Assembly (NCBI GenBank): GCA_910592345.1
Contig: CAJVPI010000148.1
Span: forward strand, 1 to 48,941
Origin: Paraglomus brasilianum
Taxonomy: Eukaryota
Length of the DNA stretch: 48,941 nucleotides
Direction of reading: 5' to 3'
Shown here: piece by piece, positions 37,600 through 48,941 of the stretch
How the letters are laid out: every line of letters begins with the position of its first letter
Position numbering within the stretch: position 1 is the stretch's first letter
Translations under genes and position numbers: made by a program
The notes under the pieces: model-generated
The model's input: only the letters and a program-made list of their open reading frames with translations
The model's database searches: none
Told to the model about the DNA's origin: nothing

Positions 37600-38620
37600 G
37601 TATATAATACATCACCTTTATTACCGCACTGTCAGCGGCTTTCTTCCAATCTCCATCAGCAGGTATGAGATAAATTTGGATATAAATGTGTGTTCTGTGA
37701 ATTTATCAAAAGCGAAATCGACGAAACTTCAATATAGCAAGATTGAAGTTTTGGGAATCCAAAGAGTTCTTCCATTTTTGAAATGGTTCTGAATCATTGA
37801 CTCGGATGACAGCTTGGATTGAATTTTAGAAACGGATGTTGCTTGTTGGCTTTTGCTTCGAGTGTTGTAACGCTTGCTTGAAGTTTTGCGTCCTTTACTA
37901 GCTACACCTACGATTGAACGCTAAAGGTGTACATAACGCTTGCTTGACATGACGCGCTTTTCCCCCTTTCCATAGTCATGCCTGCGAAACGTGCGGCGTT
38001 TGAATAATGTTTGACGGATTCCAGGAATTCCTAAAAAACCGCAAGGCAACGAGTGTCAGACAGGCAGTTCTTTGAGGTAAGGCTTTACATCGCGCTTTAC
38101 CCGTGTAGACCGCGTAAAAAAAACAAACAAATGATGGGAAAATTGACGAATGAGTTACGTGAAGATGCATCGGATTGCGTATAAACACGTCGAAACAATC
38201 GCGATAACTGTCCCTATTTTTTGGGCTCGCTCAGCTATTAATTTCGTCATCCTCGCCATTATCTCTCCTTTTGTTTCTATCCAAGACACTATCAATTTTT
38301 AAGGTACTGGGCTTGGGATTCGTTTTTTGTTTGTAAAAGTTCTCCACTGTAGACGTTCCAATGGTACCCCTTCCCAAGGTCTTCGATCTCGTCTTAACCT
38401 TGTAACACATTTTGGACAAACTAATATCGTCCAATTTCCTTTTGCATCAAAGAGGCTTTATTAAACTCGCTAAAACGTCTCCCTCGTATGGTTTGGTTGC
38501 TTTCATCGAGCTAGATGCACGAAAGGCAGTATGCAATTTGCAAACATCGCAACTCTTGGTCGCAAACACCAAAGCGAAGAAGAGCAAAAGCACAAAAGCT
38601 TTTGCAACTTTGTAGAGAAA
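37600..38620 (-). pseudogene. Possible decayed gene or TE coding remnant
   Basis: Protein-like minus-strand stretches interrupted by stops and frameshifts (KSCDVCKLHTAF...; LDDISLSKMCYKVK...; DSEPFQKWKNSLDSQNFNLAILKFRRFRF**...IYLIPADGDWKKAADSAV). No family recognised. Confidence 0.25.
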
Positions 38621-39452
38621 TATCTGCAAATGGAAATCAATTAGCATTCTTCTCTGTTTGTCATAACAAACCATATTTTCTGAGCAACCGTTTTTGGGAA
38701 GAGTACAAGTGCCTTGTGTGCAGCTGTAAATAGACTCTCTTTTGCGATTATTTTCAGGAAATACGCAGCAAGTGTTTTTGTTTTTTGGTGAATGTGAATT
38801 CGTCTTGCCTTTATACACGAATGCTAGTCGCATTCGCGCACATAGAAATACGGTAATTAACCTTTTTGCTATGCTGGTTGTTTTTTAAAAACCGACTAAT
38901 ATTCCTCACTTTCGCCTCACCAAATGTTTATCAACTAAATTAGTTGATTTGTTTGCCCCATGAATACGATCGCTCATGAATGACACGGGACAAATGGTCA
39001 GCGCAGTTGCTGTTCTAACACCTCCCCCCTGCAGCGTAACATATCCCTGCCGTCAAAGTTTGTGGTCATATTTGGTCAGTATCAGCAGTATCACATGGCA
39101 CGGGGATCGTTCACCTTTCGACGAAACTTTATTATTATTACTATTATCCCCTCGAATAACCCATTTTTTATACGTAGCACGTTAAACAAAACGTTTGATA
39201 ACTCAGTGTGCACACTTTTACAGTATGTGTAAGCGATAGAGTGCATGAGGAATGTTGTGAATTTTTATGATATTATTATGTATCTTGATAACTTTTGGGT
39301 TCCTCCCTTTTTCGCTTCTTAATTCTAAGTTTTTTAGCTTTTAGAATACATTCTAGTGAGTATGTTCTATCTCTTCTGAACCGAAAATGACGAGAAACCT
39401 TTTTTTTCTCCACGGCTGTCCATTACCATTGTCTTTCCCACTATAGTATCAT

Positions 39453-40628
39453 TCACATTGTAGCTCTATATTCCACGTTCTCTACTCTCCATTTATCGCC
39501 AATAGTACTGTTCTCTAGTACAATTTCCCTATCCAAATAATCAATCTTCATTTCCAATCTAAACCAATTGAAATTATCCACATGACTCAAATCAAACTTT
39601 AATCCCTCCACTTCGCTTTCGAGATACATTCTGATCTCTTCTCCAAACTTGTCTAATATGGTATATCCAACAGATCTGAATGGTTTTACAGCCTTTGCAA
39701 CGATTGTCTTCAACACTGTTTCTTCATTCTCGGACGACAAGACTGTGATATGAGGTGCTTGTTGGTTTTTGCGGAAATCTATTCTTATGGAAGATTGGAA
39801 CTCGCTTGCGAGGATGTACAAGACTTTTTCGAGCGCTTGTGTGAAAAGAGTCAGGCGGTGTCCAGCAGCGCGATGAGTAAACGAGGAGAAAATAGCGTGA
39901 ATGGGGAGTTGAAAGTAGTGCAGTTCGGAAAAGAGCTCTTCACGGGTTACGCGTGGGCGATAGGGAAAGGGTGTGGATGATTGCGAGTGAATATGTGTAT
40001 GAGAGGAAAATGGATACGATGAGGATGATGAGGATGATATGGAGGAAGAGAGAAGTGACGATGAGGATAGCGGAGATAACGGCGATGCAACGCTGCTACT
40101 ATTGCTGCCATTCCTGTCTGTATGCCCGCTATCGCTACTGTTCGCTACATTCCATACTCCTCCACATACACACTTTGCCTCTTCTTCTTTCCACGACAGC
40201 TTTCCGGTGCGATAGAATTCTAGGATATAATAAAAGGCATGCCCGTTCCTATCTATAAAGTACTCGTTATCGTCTGTTTTGTGTAGGAGAGATAGATTAC
40301 GATCTGCGAACATTGTACCAAGGAGAGTATTAGGGTATGCGGTTAACGTTGAACGGTAGGTTTCATACTGAAGCCGTTGGAGTAGGGGGATTATAGGTAT
40401 TGTTGTTAGTATTATGTATATATGGTTTTGTTATATTTATATTATATTACATTACATTATCAGCTTGCTCTTTTTTTCGCATTGCCTTGTCATTTCGTCT
40501 TCCCCCTTTTTCCTTCTCTTCGTGCTCACCTTAATCCCTCCAACGTTGAGTATGATTCTCTTGTTATGTTTGATATTGATTTTACTGTCTTGAATGACAT
40601 CGTATTTTCTCTCCTTTATCTCTATCAT
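39453..40628 (-). CDS. BTB/POZ domain protein (KCTD/T1 type)
   Basis: Exon 1 40628-40530 (MIEIK...RIILNVGGIK) and exon 2 40367-39453 (YETYRSTLTAYPNTLLGTMFADRN...EYFIDRNGHAFYYILEFYRTGK...ELHYFQLP). Ser-rich insertion inside the BTB domain. TATA-like TTATAA about 65 bp upstream. Confidence 0.92.
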
Positions 40629-43600
40629 TATGATATCCGATTATTCTGTACAGTGATTCGACTTGGTTCTGCAGGAGCGAATGCGACTTGCTTATAAAGG
40701 GGAGTTTTTGAATCAAACTTTATTCTGTTGATTCATGTGAATAAACAGTATAAATTATACAGAGATAATGGGAGTCATAACACATACTCCATTAATTTGG
40801 TTGGTACCGTTCGAGTCACATTCGAGTCACATTTTCGGATTGCACTGAACTTTGATCGCCAGTATGTAGAAATAAACATAGAAATCCGAACGTTAATTGC
40901 ATGTATGGATCTCCTTAGTACTTATTGTATAAATGATTGAACTATTCAGGAGCTCGATTTTGTCTTCGTTTTACGCCGAGACTGCAATCACCTGATGCCG
41001 TTCGGCAAAAACAGTATAGCGAGGATAACATTTTCACGTTCATTTATTTGTTCCGATTTTTCCTATATTAATGGAGTGACATGCGTGAGAATTATTCAAA
41101 CGGTTGTCCGTAACACGGGTCTGCTAATACTAAGGGAGTGATTGTGTATGCATGCCTGATACTGCAACAAAAATACCAAACTGAGCATAATGACCCTAAA
41201 AAGGGGCCAGTTAATATACGACTCACAATTTCTTTTTTTTGTTCTATTCTTTGTCAAGAGACAATTGTGTATGATAGCATCGCACTTTTAATGAGACTTT
41301 TTCGCTAGTGGGAAGTCTCTGAACCCTAAAAACAACGAGCAATCGTCATACAATTCGCTTGAATTGATTCATATTGTTAATGGGTTACGCCAGACTCTTA
41401 TGTGGCAGCTACTGTAGCACATTCTAAAGAGGGAATGACGACAAACCTACAAGGACTAGCCTGTTCGTGACCAACTGGGAGCTTTGACATTAGGAAAGCA
41501 TACAAATACAGCATAGTAAGAATTATTATTGTGTAACTATATGTGTTACGTAACTTTTGGATAGCGAGTTATATCTGAAAGTTCTATCTGACTAATAGCA
41601 GATGAAACTTCCAAGAAAATTTTGAAACCATTTTTTCCAACTGGCCTTACTTTAAAGGCGTGAATTTTCAAAATGCATAGTCGCAAGTAATAACAATCAT
41701 CTGCATTGAAGTGTGACCGATAGGAAATGTGAGCGAACTGATGTTACGCTGTATGAAGAAATGAGAGAGAACTATTATCGTTTTCTTTTTAATTTAATAT
41801 TTATCCGAGTTTCCCGCCTGAAAATCGACATTCGGTATGCAATGACAAAGCTCTATTCTCCAAGTCTAAATTATAATTAGCCACATTTGAAGAGAGGATG
41901 TGAGGGCATCTTATGTTGACATGAGATTAACCTTTGACATTCCACGCAGTGAGTCCCTTTATAGATGTTTGGATATCAAATAATGTATGCGAGTCGACGC
42001 GGAGATATATGTTTACGAAAAGTGATAGCCAAAGTCACAAGCGAGTCAAAAATTCAAAATTCAGGTGAATCGTCATGAGGATGCAATTGGGTATACTGTA
42101 ACGTACGACTTCTCTCCAATAGCTTGTTTCTACGTAGCTCTAAATTATTATTGTTGCATGATCAACCCTTTAAGTGCGCCTGTAGCCTCAACAAGTCCGG
42201 TTTTTTTGTTCTGGTTCAGTAAACATGTTATTCACTGAAAATCATGCCAAACTTGGGAAAACCGTCAGGCACTATGATGTAAAAGGTTTGACAAAATATT
42301 TAATTATTTCTGACCGGTTTCATTATTGGACTGTTTATTTTATTATCATTACCGTTACGTAATATATACGATTTAGAACTGTAGCTTTTCGTTAATTGTT
42401 AGAAATATGGATACATGACGTTAATTAAATAGTTCCTGCCGATTACTATTACCGTATTCCTCCGACATGTATACCCCCCTCCCCCCCGTGAACTACCCTG
42501 CAGCATTTTTGAACGCCAAATTTTGATATATACCCGGGTATTAGTTATAATATGTGAGTTGTACGCTACTAACAACGTGCCAATAAAAACAACCAAATAT
42601 TATCGCCTCCGACTTTTTCATTACTTCGGAATCAACGAGGCCACATACTAGGTCAAGACATGAGACCCGGGAGACATAAGAAAAGTTACTATTAAGCAAT
42701 TTCGAATTTTATAACAATATCTAATAATGCGTTAATCGTGACCAATCATTATGGAATTATCTGCAGCCAATAAAAGTTTAAATAAACAAATTGAGACATG
42801 TACCCCCACCCTAATGAACAAGGGAAATACTTATTAGCTAGACTTTATAGTCTTTATTAATGTTTTTACATTGCGGTTACAAATTATGGCGCTAAAAAAC
42901 AACAAGAATTTGTTGTGAACGTGGTAAGCGGAATACGAGAATTCGCCTCGTTACCACTTCATGATCGATGTGGTAAACAAAGATGTGACAGTCGATGCCA
43001 CAAACCAGTGAAGAATAAGATTAGTATTGACGTTGCTCTAGTTATGTACCCTTAGTGAGAAGAAGAAGAAAAACATAATAATAAAGGCAGTCTACGGTAA
43101 TGATGATCGCAAGGCTACTATTACAGTGTGTCCTATGTTACATGCTTGCAGCAGCGACAGTTGTTGGTAAATTGTTGATTGAGATAAGCGTCAGTTTTGG
43201 TGACTTATATGGTGACGGGGTTATACACGACATATATATTACCTATTACTATATGGTGCGTCAAGTTCAGTATTGATTTCACGGTGATTGCATTGCTCGT
43301 TATGCCTTAATCGCAAATGTGGGGGTGGTCGGCGACGTTTGAGACGGGAGTGTATAAAGACCCATGTGTTATTCTTGAACATCTTTGTGAGCTGGCTTTA
43401 AATATCACAATCATGCAAATTGTACTGTAATACTGAGGGGGAAAAGCTCAAATTATGGGTAGACTTTTATTTTATTTATTTACACATATATATTTTTAAT
43501 TTTAGTCACAAGATTATATCGATTAAACTACTTGTAGTAAGTTGGAATTTAGCAAAAATTGAATAAACTAATCAAGCCCTGAAAGTCGAAAGAGATGAAT

Positions 43601-43874
43601 TGGTTTAACTTTAACCAGTTCGTGCTTTCTTCCTAGTGGGTGAATGTATCATCCGTGGGTCATTTTTGATCTCATTATTATCATCCCACGGATAGTCTTG
43701 TATTGATTCCGAACTTTCGGATAATAAAAACTAATAACGGAAATGTTAGCTTCATATTAATATATATGGGCCTTCTCAAATTTGGGAAATCGATGATAAA
43801 ATGGAAGTTATTTGGTGAGGGTATCAAGGGGCATCCCTAAATTGGAAATTGTTTATTTTTCATATGAACATAAT

Positions 43875-44369
43875 TCAAACTTTTGCCTGACATCTCATGA
43901 TCGATGTGATCTGACGAGAGCAGTACATGGGATAGAACATATTAACTTGAGTCAATAAATTTTTTTTTGCAATGCCCAAGAAGCAAAAAAACCTTGGATC
44001 CTTTATTATACAAACACCCACAACGTATGCGGGGAGGGTATCCAGAATGGCTTCAATAAATCGTTCAGTAAAATATGCAACTGATCCTTGGCTAACACCA
44101 AACATTTGTTCTAGTTGGCGATATCCCAGATGATTTGCTAATCGTTGAATCACAATGCCAACTTGAATTTCAGTAGGAGTTTGAGGTGGATAAATAGTTA
44201 GGATGTTGTTGTAGGATACTAAGCAGTCGATTGAACGTAGATCGCAAAATGCGAAAATGAGATTTAAAACTATTATACTCGCTCTCGTTATTAAAATATG
44301 AAAATATGTCTGTCCAATAAGCCATTGTTTTGGCCAAAGTAAACGAGGTGTACGATTAATCCTTGACAT
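43875..44369 (-). mobile_element. PIF/Harbinger (HARBI1-like) transposase remnant, HTH region only
   Basis: PTEIQVGIVIQRLANHLGYRQLEQMFGVSQGSVAYFTERFIEAILD matches the helix-turn-helix preceding the DDE_Tnp_4 domain. No intact DDE domain or TIRs seen. Confidence 0.75.
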
Positions 44370-45059
44370 TAAAATGCTAATTCTATATCAATTAATCTTG
44401 CATCAAATTCTTGTTTAGATTTTATTACATCTGTTACTATGAAGGCAATAAGTCTTTCCGGCTGATAGATAACATTATCATTAACAGTATAACAGTCTCA
44501 TATGGAAGGTCGTTATTTATGCGCGTATGCCACATATGAATTTTATTACATTTATCTGCATAAAGGTAAATATGGTATTACTCTATTTAGAAAGCTGTTG
44601 AGAGCTGATGCCCCTACTTTGTACGACTTCCAAATTTGATCGGGGCATCAAAGCTATTGAGAAGGCCCTAATACTAAATCTGATAAATTAATTAGGGCAC
44701 TGGCCAAAATGTCATCCCATTCTTCCACCATAATTCTCTTCCAACTTAATAATTTTTTGGCATGTACTTTTTTAAACCAACTCCCAGAGGTGTTTAAAAT
44801 TCAACCCATAGTTTTCTTAGACATTTTCTTTAAAGGAGTATTTAGCCATGTGATTAGTGTGTTTTAAAAATGATGTTCTGTTAAAAGTTCCGTTTTCTCC
44901 CAACATTGTGTTTACTTCTGGAAGATGTTTTTCTAATATTTTAATGCAGAGTTTACTATCCATTAATGACATGATTTGGACTCAAATTGGGTGAGTTATA
45001 TATGTACATACCAAATTTTTTTTCCCTTGACGCTACATGCCCTGTAATTATTCTGTGGG

Positions 45060-45325
45060 CTGTTAACTGACCGTAAGTATGAAAGCTTAAACGTTGCTCG
45101 ATAGCGTGGGACCACGCTAATAGTAATCACTATCCCTGTCGGAAGATAGAACATGAAAAAGGAAATTATCACATCAATCAATAATAGTTCGACGAACAAG
45201 CGTTTTTCTTGTGAGCTATTGTCATTATTATGATTAATTCTCAATTCAATATTGCTTCTCTTTGTCGCGTCACAATTCCTTTATTCCGCTTGTACGGACA
45301 ATCATAACTGCTCATAGAACTGTAC
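45060..45325 (+). repeat. Dispersed direct repeat, copy A (copy B at 47671-47820)
   Basis: Collinear shared blocks: CTGTT(A/G)ACTGACC..AAGTAT, CTTGTGAGCTATTGT(C/T)ATTATTATGATT (27/28 identical), TTCAATATTGCTTCT and TTGTACGGACAAT. Confidence 0.8.
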
Positions 45326-45534
45326 CATAAAAACATCAACGAGCTAAGGGTGGAGGTTCAGCTGGCTGCATTAGATTTCTGGCGGTTCGGGACAATTATA
45401 TCGTTATAAGAATCATCGGTAAACCTTACTTACTCCATTATACAGATATGTCTGCCTTATGGCTTGTGATAATCGGCAAGGATTCTGGGGGGGTATAGAT
45501 TTGACTTACTCGCATTAGACGTCAGGAATTGCAA

Positions 45535-45702
45535 GGGGTCCGTATTATTTCATCGACAATCATTTCACGACAGTACATTTCGCCGACAATTAACTACCAA
45601 AAAAGGATAACTTCGAAATAATGTTGGTGAAGATTTGTCGGTGAAGATTTGTCGGTGAAATGATTGCCGGTGAAATGATTGTCGACGAAATGATTGCCTC
45701 CC
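45535..45702. mobile_element. Small foldback/MITE-like element built from inverted arrays of a 14-15 bp unit
   Basis: Left arm has repeats of ATTTC(A/G)(T/C)CGACAAT. Right arm has about five repeats of GTCGGTGAA(A)(T)GATT, the reverse complement. Ends GGGG...CTCCC are flanked on both sides by TTGCAA. Confidence 0.7.
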
Positions 45703-46836
45703 TTTGCAAAGTATGCATCACACAAATATCCATTTTCATAGATCAGCCTCATATGTTGGATGTTATTAGACAGAAAGGGATGACGGTAAAGGAACTTGAA
45801 AGTTTATCGCAAACATTTTAAACATTAGCGACTGGATACTTTATATAACTGTAAAGATAACGGACAGATTTGAACCATTGTATGATTATGACAACGTTAG
45901 TAAATATGACGACAGCCAAGTCTTGCAGTTCTGAATAGTAATGATTACTTTTTAGACAAGCCAAGCGAAATTCAAATGCACAAAAAAAAAACACTTGACT
46001 TCGGAAAAAGATAGCAGCGAAATACTCAAGTGACCTTGTAAACTTGTCCTAAGCAGAATCTTCTTCACAAACAAGTCCTTTCGTCTATACTTTATCAAGT
46101 TCACTGGTTCTTACGATGTACTATTCGAAGAAAACTATAGTTTTTGTCTTAGACAGGAGAATCCTTTTCGAAAAACTTTACATTTCAAAACCGTAAGTAT
46201 GCCGTTATGTAGTGCTCAAAAAGAGCTTTCAGACAAGCCAAAAAATTTTGGATATTAATATAGATGATGTGGCAGAAAAGTAGTATAAAAGATATTGTAT
46301 AGTGATTGCTTTATCGAAAGTGCTGTCTTCTTTTCTCCCGTTCAACTTTTTGACATGAACACGTTCTATAATCTTTTATTCGGAAACTAAAGATGTGGAA
46401 TAATGTGTCGGAAACTTGCGACATGTAAAAATTTTATGGGTAAGGGGGGTGAGGAAATGTTTACACAAATGAATCCTGCCATACAAACAATCTCTGTGTG
46501 TTTACAATAGTAAGTATATTAATTTATAATATATGCAATATAATTATAAAAGTTTATATTATAATAATAGAACATTAAATTCATTCCGTTGAACAAAATC
46601 AGCACATGACCCCCTTTTTTTTTTTTGAGTTTATATTCGAGTTTTGGATTTCTTTATTGGGCCACATGGCGGTATTCTGCTAAACTTCAATCGAATATAA
46701 ACCATCTATTGAGTAAGGCATATAAATACGAGTACACGAAATCTCAATCATTAAAATCAAAGACTTCATTCTCAATCAAGTCAGAATATAATATAATATT
46801 TTCGTCCTGCACTCTCCTCCGAATAACGTTGATATA

Positions 46837-47391
46837 ATGAGCGAGCCGAATAATGTGAACAACGATCATGTCAGACCTTTTACCAACGTCTGTCAATCAT
46901 CTTACCCAGATGACTTTAATTTTGATGACGCCAATCCTCCAATTCACCAATATCATACTCAAAGTTACCTTCCTTCTACCTCCCTTTCTCTCTCCGATAA
47001 TGTCGATATGTCTATTACTATGAATACTATGGACTGCAGAAATACCACCGGAAATTATACAGGCGATGCATCATGCAATCCCTCGGATTCGTATTATACC
47101 CACATTAATGGACGGTTGAATTCACCGAATCTCGATCAAGCCGAATCCCACGCAAACAGCTCTTGTCCGCTCCCAGTACCTTTTCAAACAGTCTGTGACC
47201 CTTATTTCGATACGATGAACGACGGTCCGACAGGTAATTTTCAACATCTCGGTACTAATTCATCCATCTCATACATTCTTACGCACGAGCCCACAAACTC
47301 CGGATATGTTTTTATGAAAGTAGAGTATACTCAATTAGGCAGGATATCAGCTGCTGATATTGACAAAATATTAGCCCTAACTCAAATGTGA
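46837..47391 (+). CDS. Hypothetical 184-aa protein, mostly low complexity
   Basis: Uninterrupted ATG-initiated ORF in AT-rich surroundings with TATAAATA near 46721. N/S/T/P-rich N-terminal region and an ordered-looking C-terminus (SISYILTHEPTNSGYVFMKVEYTQLGRISAADIDKILAL). Confidence 0.55.
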   Translation: MSEPNNVNNDHVRPFTNVCQSSYPDDFNFDDANPPIHQYHTQSYLPSTSLSLSDNVDMSITMNTMDCRNTTGNYTGDASCNPSDSYYTHINGRLNSPNLDQAESHANSSCPLPVPFQTVCDPYFDTMNDGPTGNFQHLGTNSSISYILTHEPTNSGYVFMKVEYTQLGRISAADIDKILALTQM

Positions 47392-47670
47392 GAAATAATT
47401 CATGCATGTTTGACGATAATGCATGTATCAAATGACAGGGGTTTCTTGATGGGGAGGTTCATATCAATATTAGAAAGTATCAATGTTTTAACTTTTCGGT
47501 GTTCAAACATATATGTGCTCAATAAAGAACCCGAGATCTCAATGGTTTAACTTTATAAAGTTTATAAAGACCACGAAAACTCAATGTTTTAACTTTTGAA
47601 CAGTGTAAAGTCAGTGATTGTTTTCTTTTGTAGATGCTTCCTCTCAATAATAGTTACTTTGATGCTCGGA

Positions 47671-47820
47671 CTGTTGACTGACCACAAGTATTATCGTCCC
47701 TGGTACACAAGTAATACAAATACAGCTTAGCATTTGCTTGTGAGCTATTGTTATTATTATGATTTCAATATTGCTTCTTTGTTTCGTTTGTACGGACAAT
47801 TACAACTATTCATATCGAAC
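47671..47820 (+). repeat. Dispersed direct repeat, copy B
   Basis: Same collinear blocks as 45060-45325, with internal deletions. Confidence 0.8.
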
Positions 47821-48408
47821 AACGCTAAACTATATTCGTCTACTTTTTTATTTTCCCTTAGTTCTCCAACATTCTGTTCAAAGAAGACATATGGTCGGTG
47901 ACTAGAGTTTCTATCTGTTCCTAAACTACAACTCTTCGCAGTTATGGTTCTGCACGTGACTTAATGCCAAAAATTTCTGTACCACTGCATCAAATTAAAC
48001 TTTCGTCCATTGCTTTTGTTTCACAGATTCGCTATAGATGATAGGACGGGCTTGAAATATAGGAAGAACGTAAGTTGTATGGAATGTTGAAGAAAAAGAC
48101 AACATATAAGAAGTGTTGGGAAATTACCTAATTCCAGAATCGTAATAATTCATTGCATTCCATTCGATCTAATATGTTTGTGTCAGTTATTGTCTCATAT
48201 ATTAAAGGTACCGACGTCGTCAGAAACGCTAACAGCATCATTCGTGCCACAGCCAAAACCATTGCAAAGTCTGGTCAAGTTCAAAGAAAGGAAATCAATG
48301 ATCGGGTGAAAGATTGTGGTTTCATGTGAGGAACACATTGCTTCCTTCTCCTATACTCGTCAATATGTCTAGCACTTGGACAAGAAACTCTCCATCCTTT
48401 GCGCACAG

Positions 48409-48931
48409 CTTGCCGAGCGCACCGAACAGTTGAACGAAGCTCAAAAACAATTATTATAACGAAAATCACGAGGGAAGAAAGACATGTAACGTCAGGGACT
48501 GAGAGTCAACCAGCTTCACCTTCGATCACGAATGAGGGGATAATGCGTCATATTGTAAGTTCTTTATAGCGAGGGGGGACTAACGGTTTGAAGAGTTGGG
48601 GTTTTTGTTGCTAGTTTTCAAATATACACTGACACAAATTTGCGTTGTACTCGCGCGTTATTTATGGACTCTACTTCATTATTGTTGTTCCAGCTTCGCT
48701 TTCGAACCTTCTTTCAGATACGGAACCAAAATCGGTCTCTTATCAAGAGCGTGAAAAAGAACAAGCATTAAAGATTCTGAACTTTTGAAGCTACGGTGCT
48801 CGAAAAACAAGAGAAAGTATTAAAAGAGATTAAGAGAATGGATCGGGATGGAAAAGAGACAAGGCATGAGTATTGAGTATTTGAAGAACGTTGTCTTGAA
48901 GTTTCTGGAGAGCAGTGCTGGAGAACGGGAG
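48409..48931 (+). pseudogene. GRIP-domain golgin (GCC2/Imh1-like) C-terminal fragment, frameshifted; continues past the window end
   Basis: MEKRQGMSIEYLKNVVLKFLESSAGERE followed by a GT donor at 48932 (GRIP signature EYLKNVVLKFL). Upstream coiled-coil pieces EATVLEKQEKVLKEIKRMDR and LAERTEQLNEAQKQL lie in different frames with stops. Confidence 0.75.
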
Positions 48932-48941
48932 GTAAGAGAAG

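Noticed and set aside
45620..45700. Short direct repeats resembling a CRISPR array
   Set aside because: Units are 14-15 bp and contiguous with no unique spacers, they are mirrored in inverted orientation upstream, and the context is eukaryotic with no cas genes.

Overview
Eukaryotic, intron-rich, AT-rich fungal DNA. The gene content (Glomeromycotina/Endogonales-type tyrosine-kinase-like kinase, Crinkler remnant, KCTD-type BTB protein, retained SMG1) points to an early-diverging Mucoromycota fungus; this taxonomic call is inference. Spliced genes reconstructed by hand: a 5'-truncated TKL kinase (+, 1-2049), a MINPP1-type histidine acid phosphatase (-, 4797-6856), a divergent ketopantoate reductase-family protein (-, 8993-10603) head-to-head with a glucose-6-phosphate 1-epimerase (+, 10748-12312), a ~250-aa coiled-coil/transmembrane protein with a KASH-like C-terminus (+, 15139-16604), a ~10.9 kb SMG1 PIKK gene (-, 23703-34557), a BTB/POZ protein (-, 39453-40628) and an orphan 184-aa ORF. 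Intergenic DNA holds a pogo/Tigger-like non-autonomous element, a PIF/Harbinger transposase remnant, a small foldback element, and Crinkler and GRIP-golgin pseudogene fragments. The most unexplained signal is a ~320 nt GC-rich, extensively self-pairing island at 37279-37599 that looks like a structured RNA or an RNA-derived element. No rRNA, tRNA or CRISPR array could be supported.
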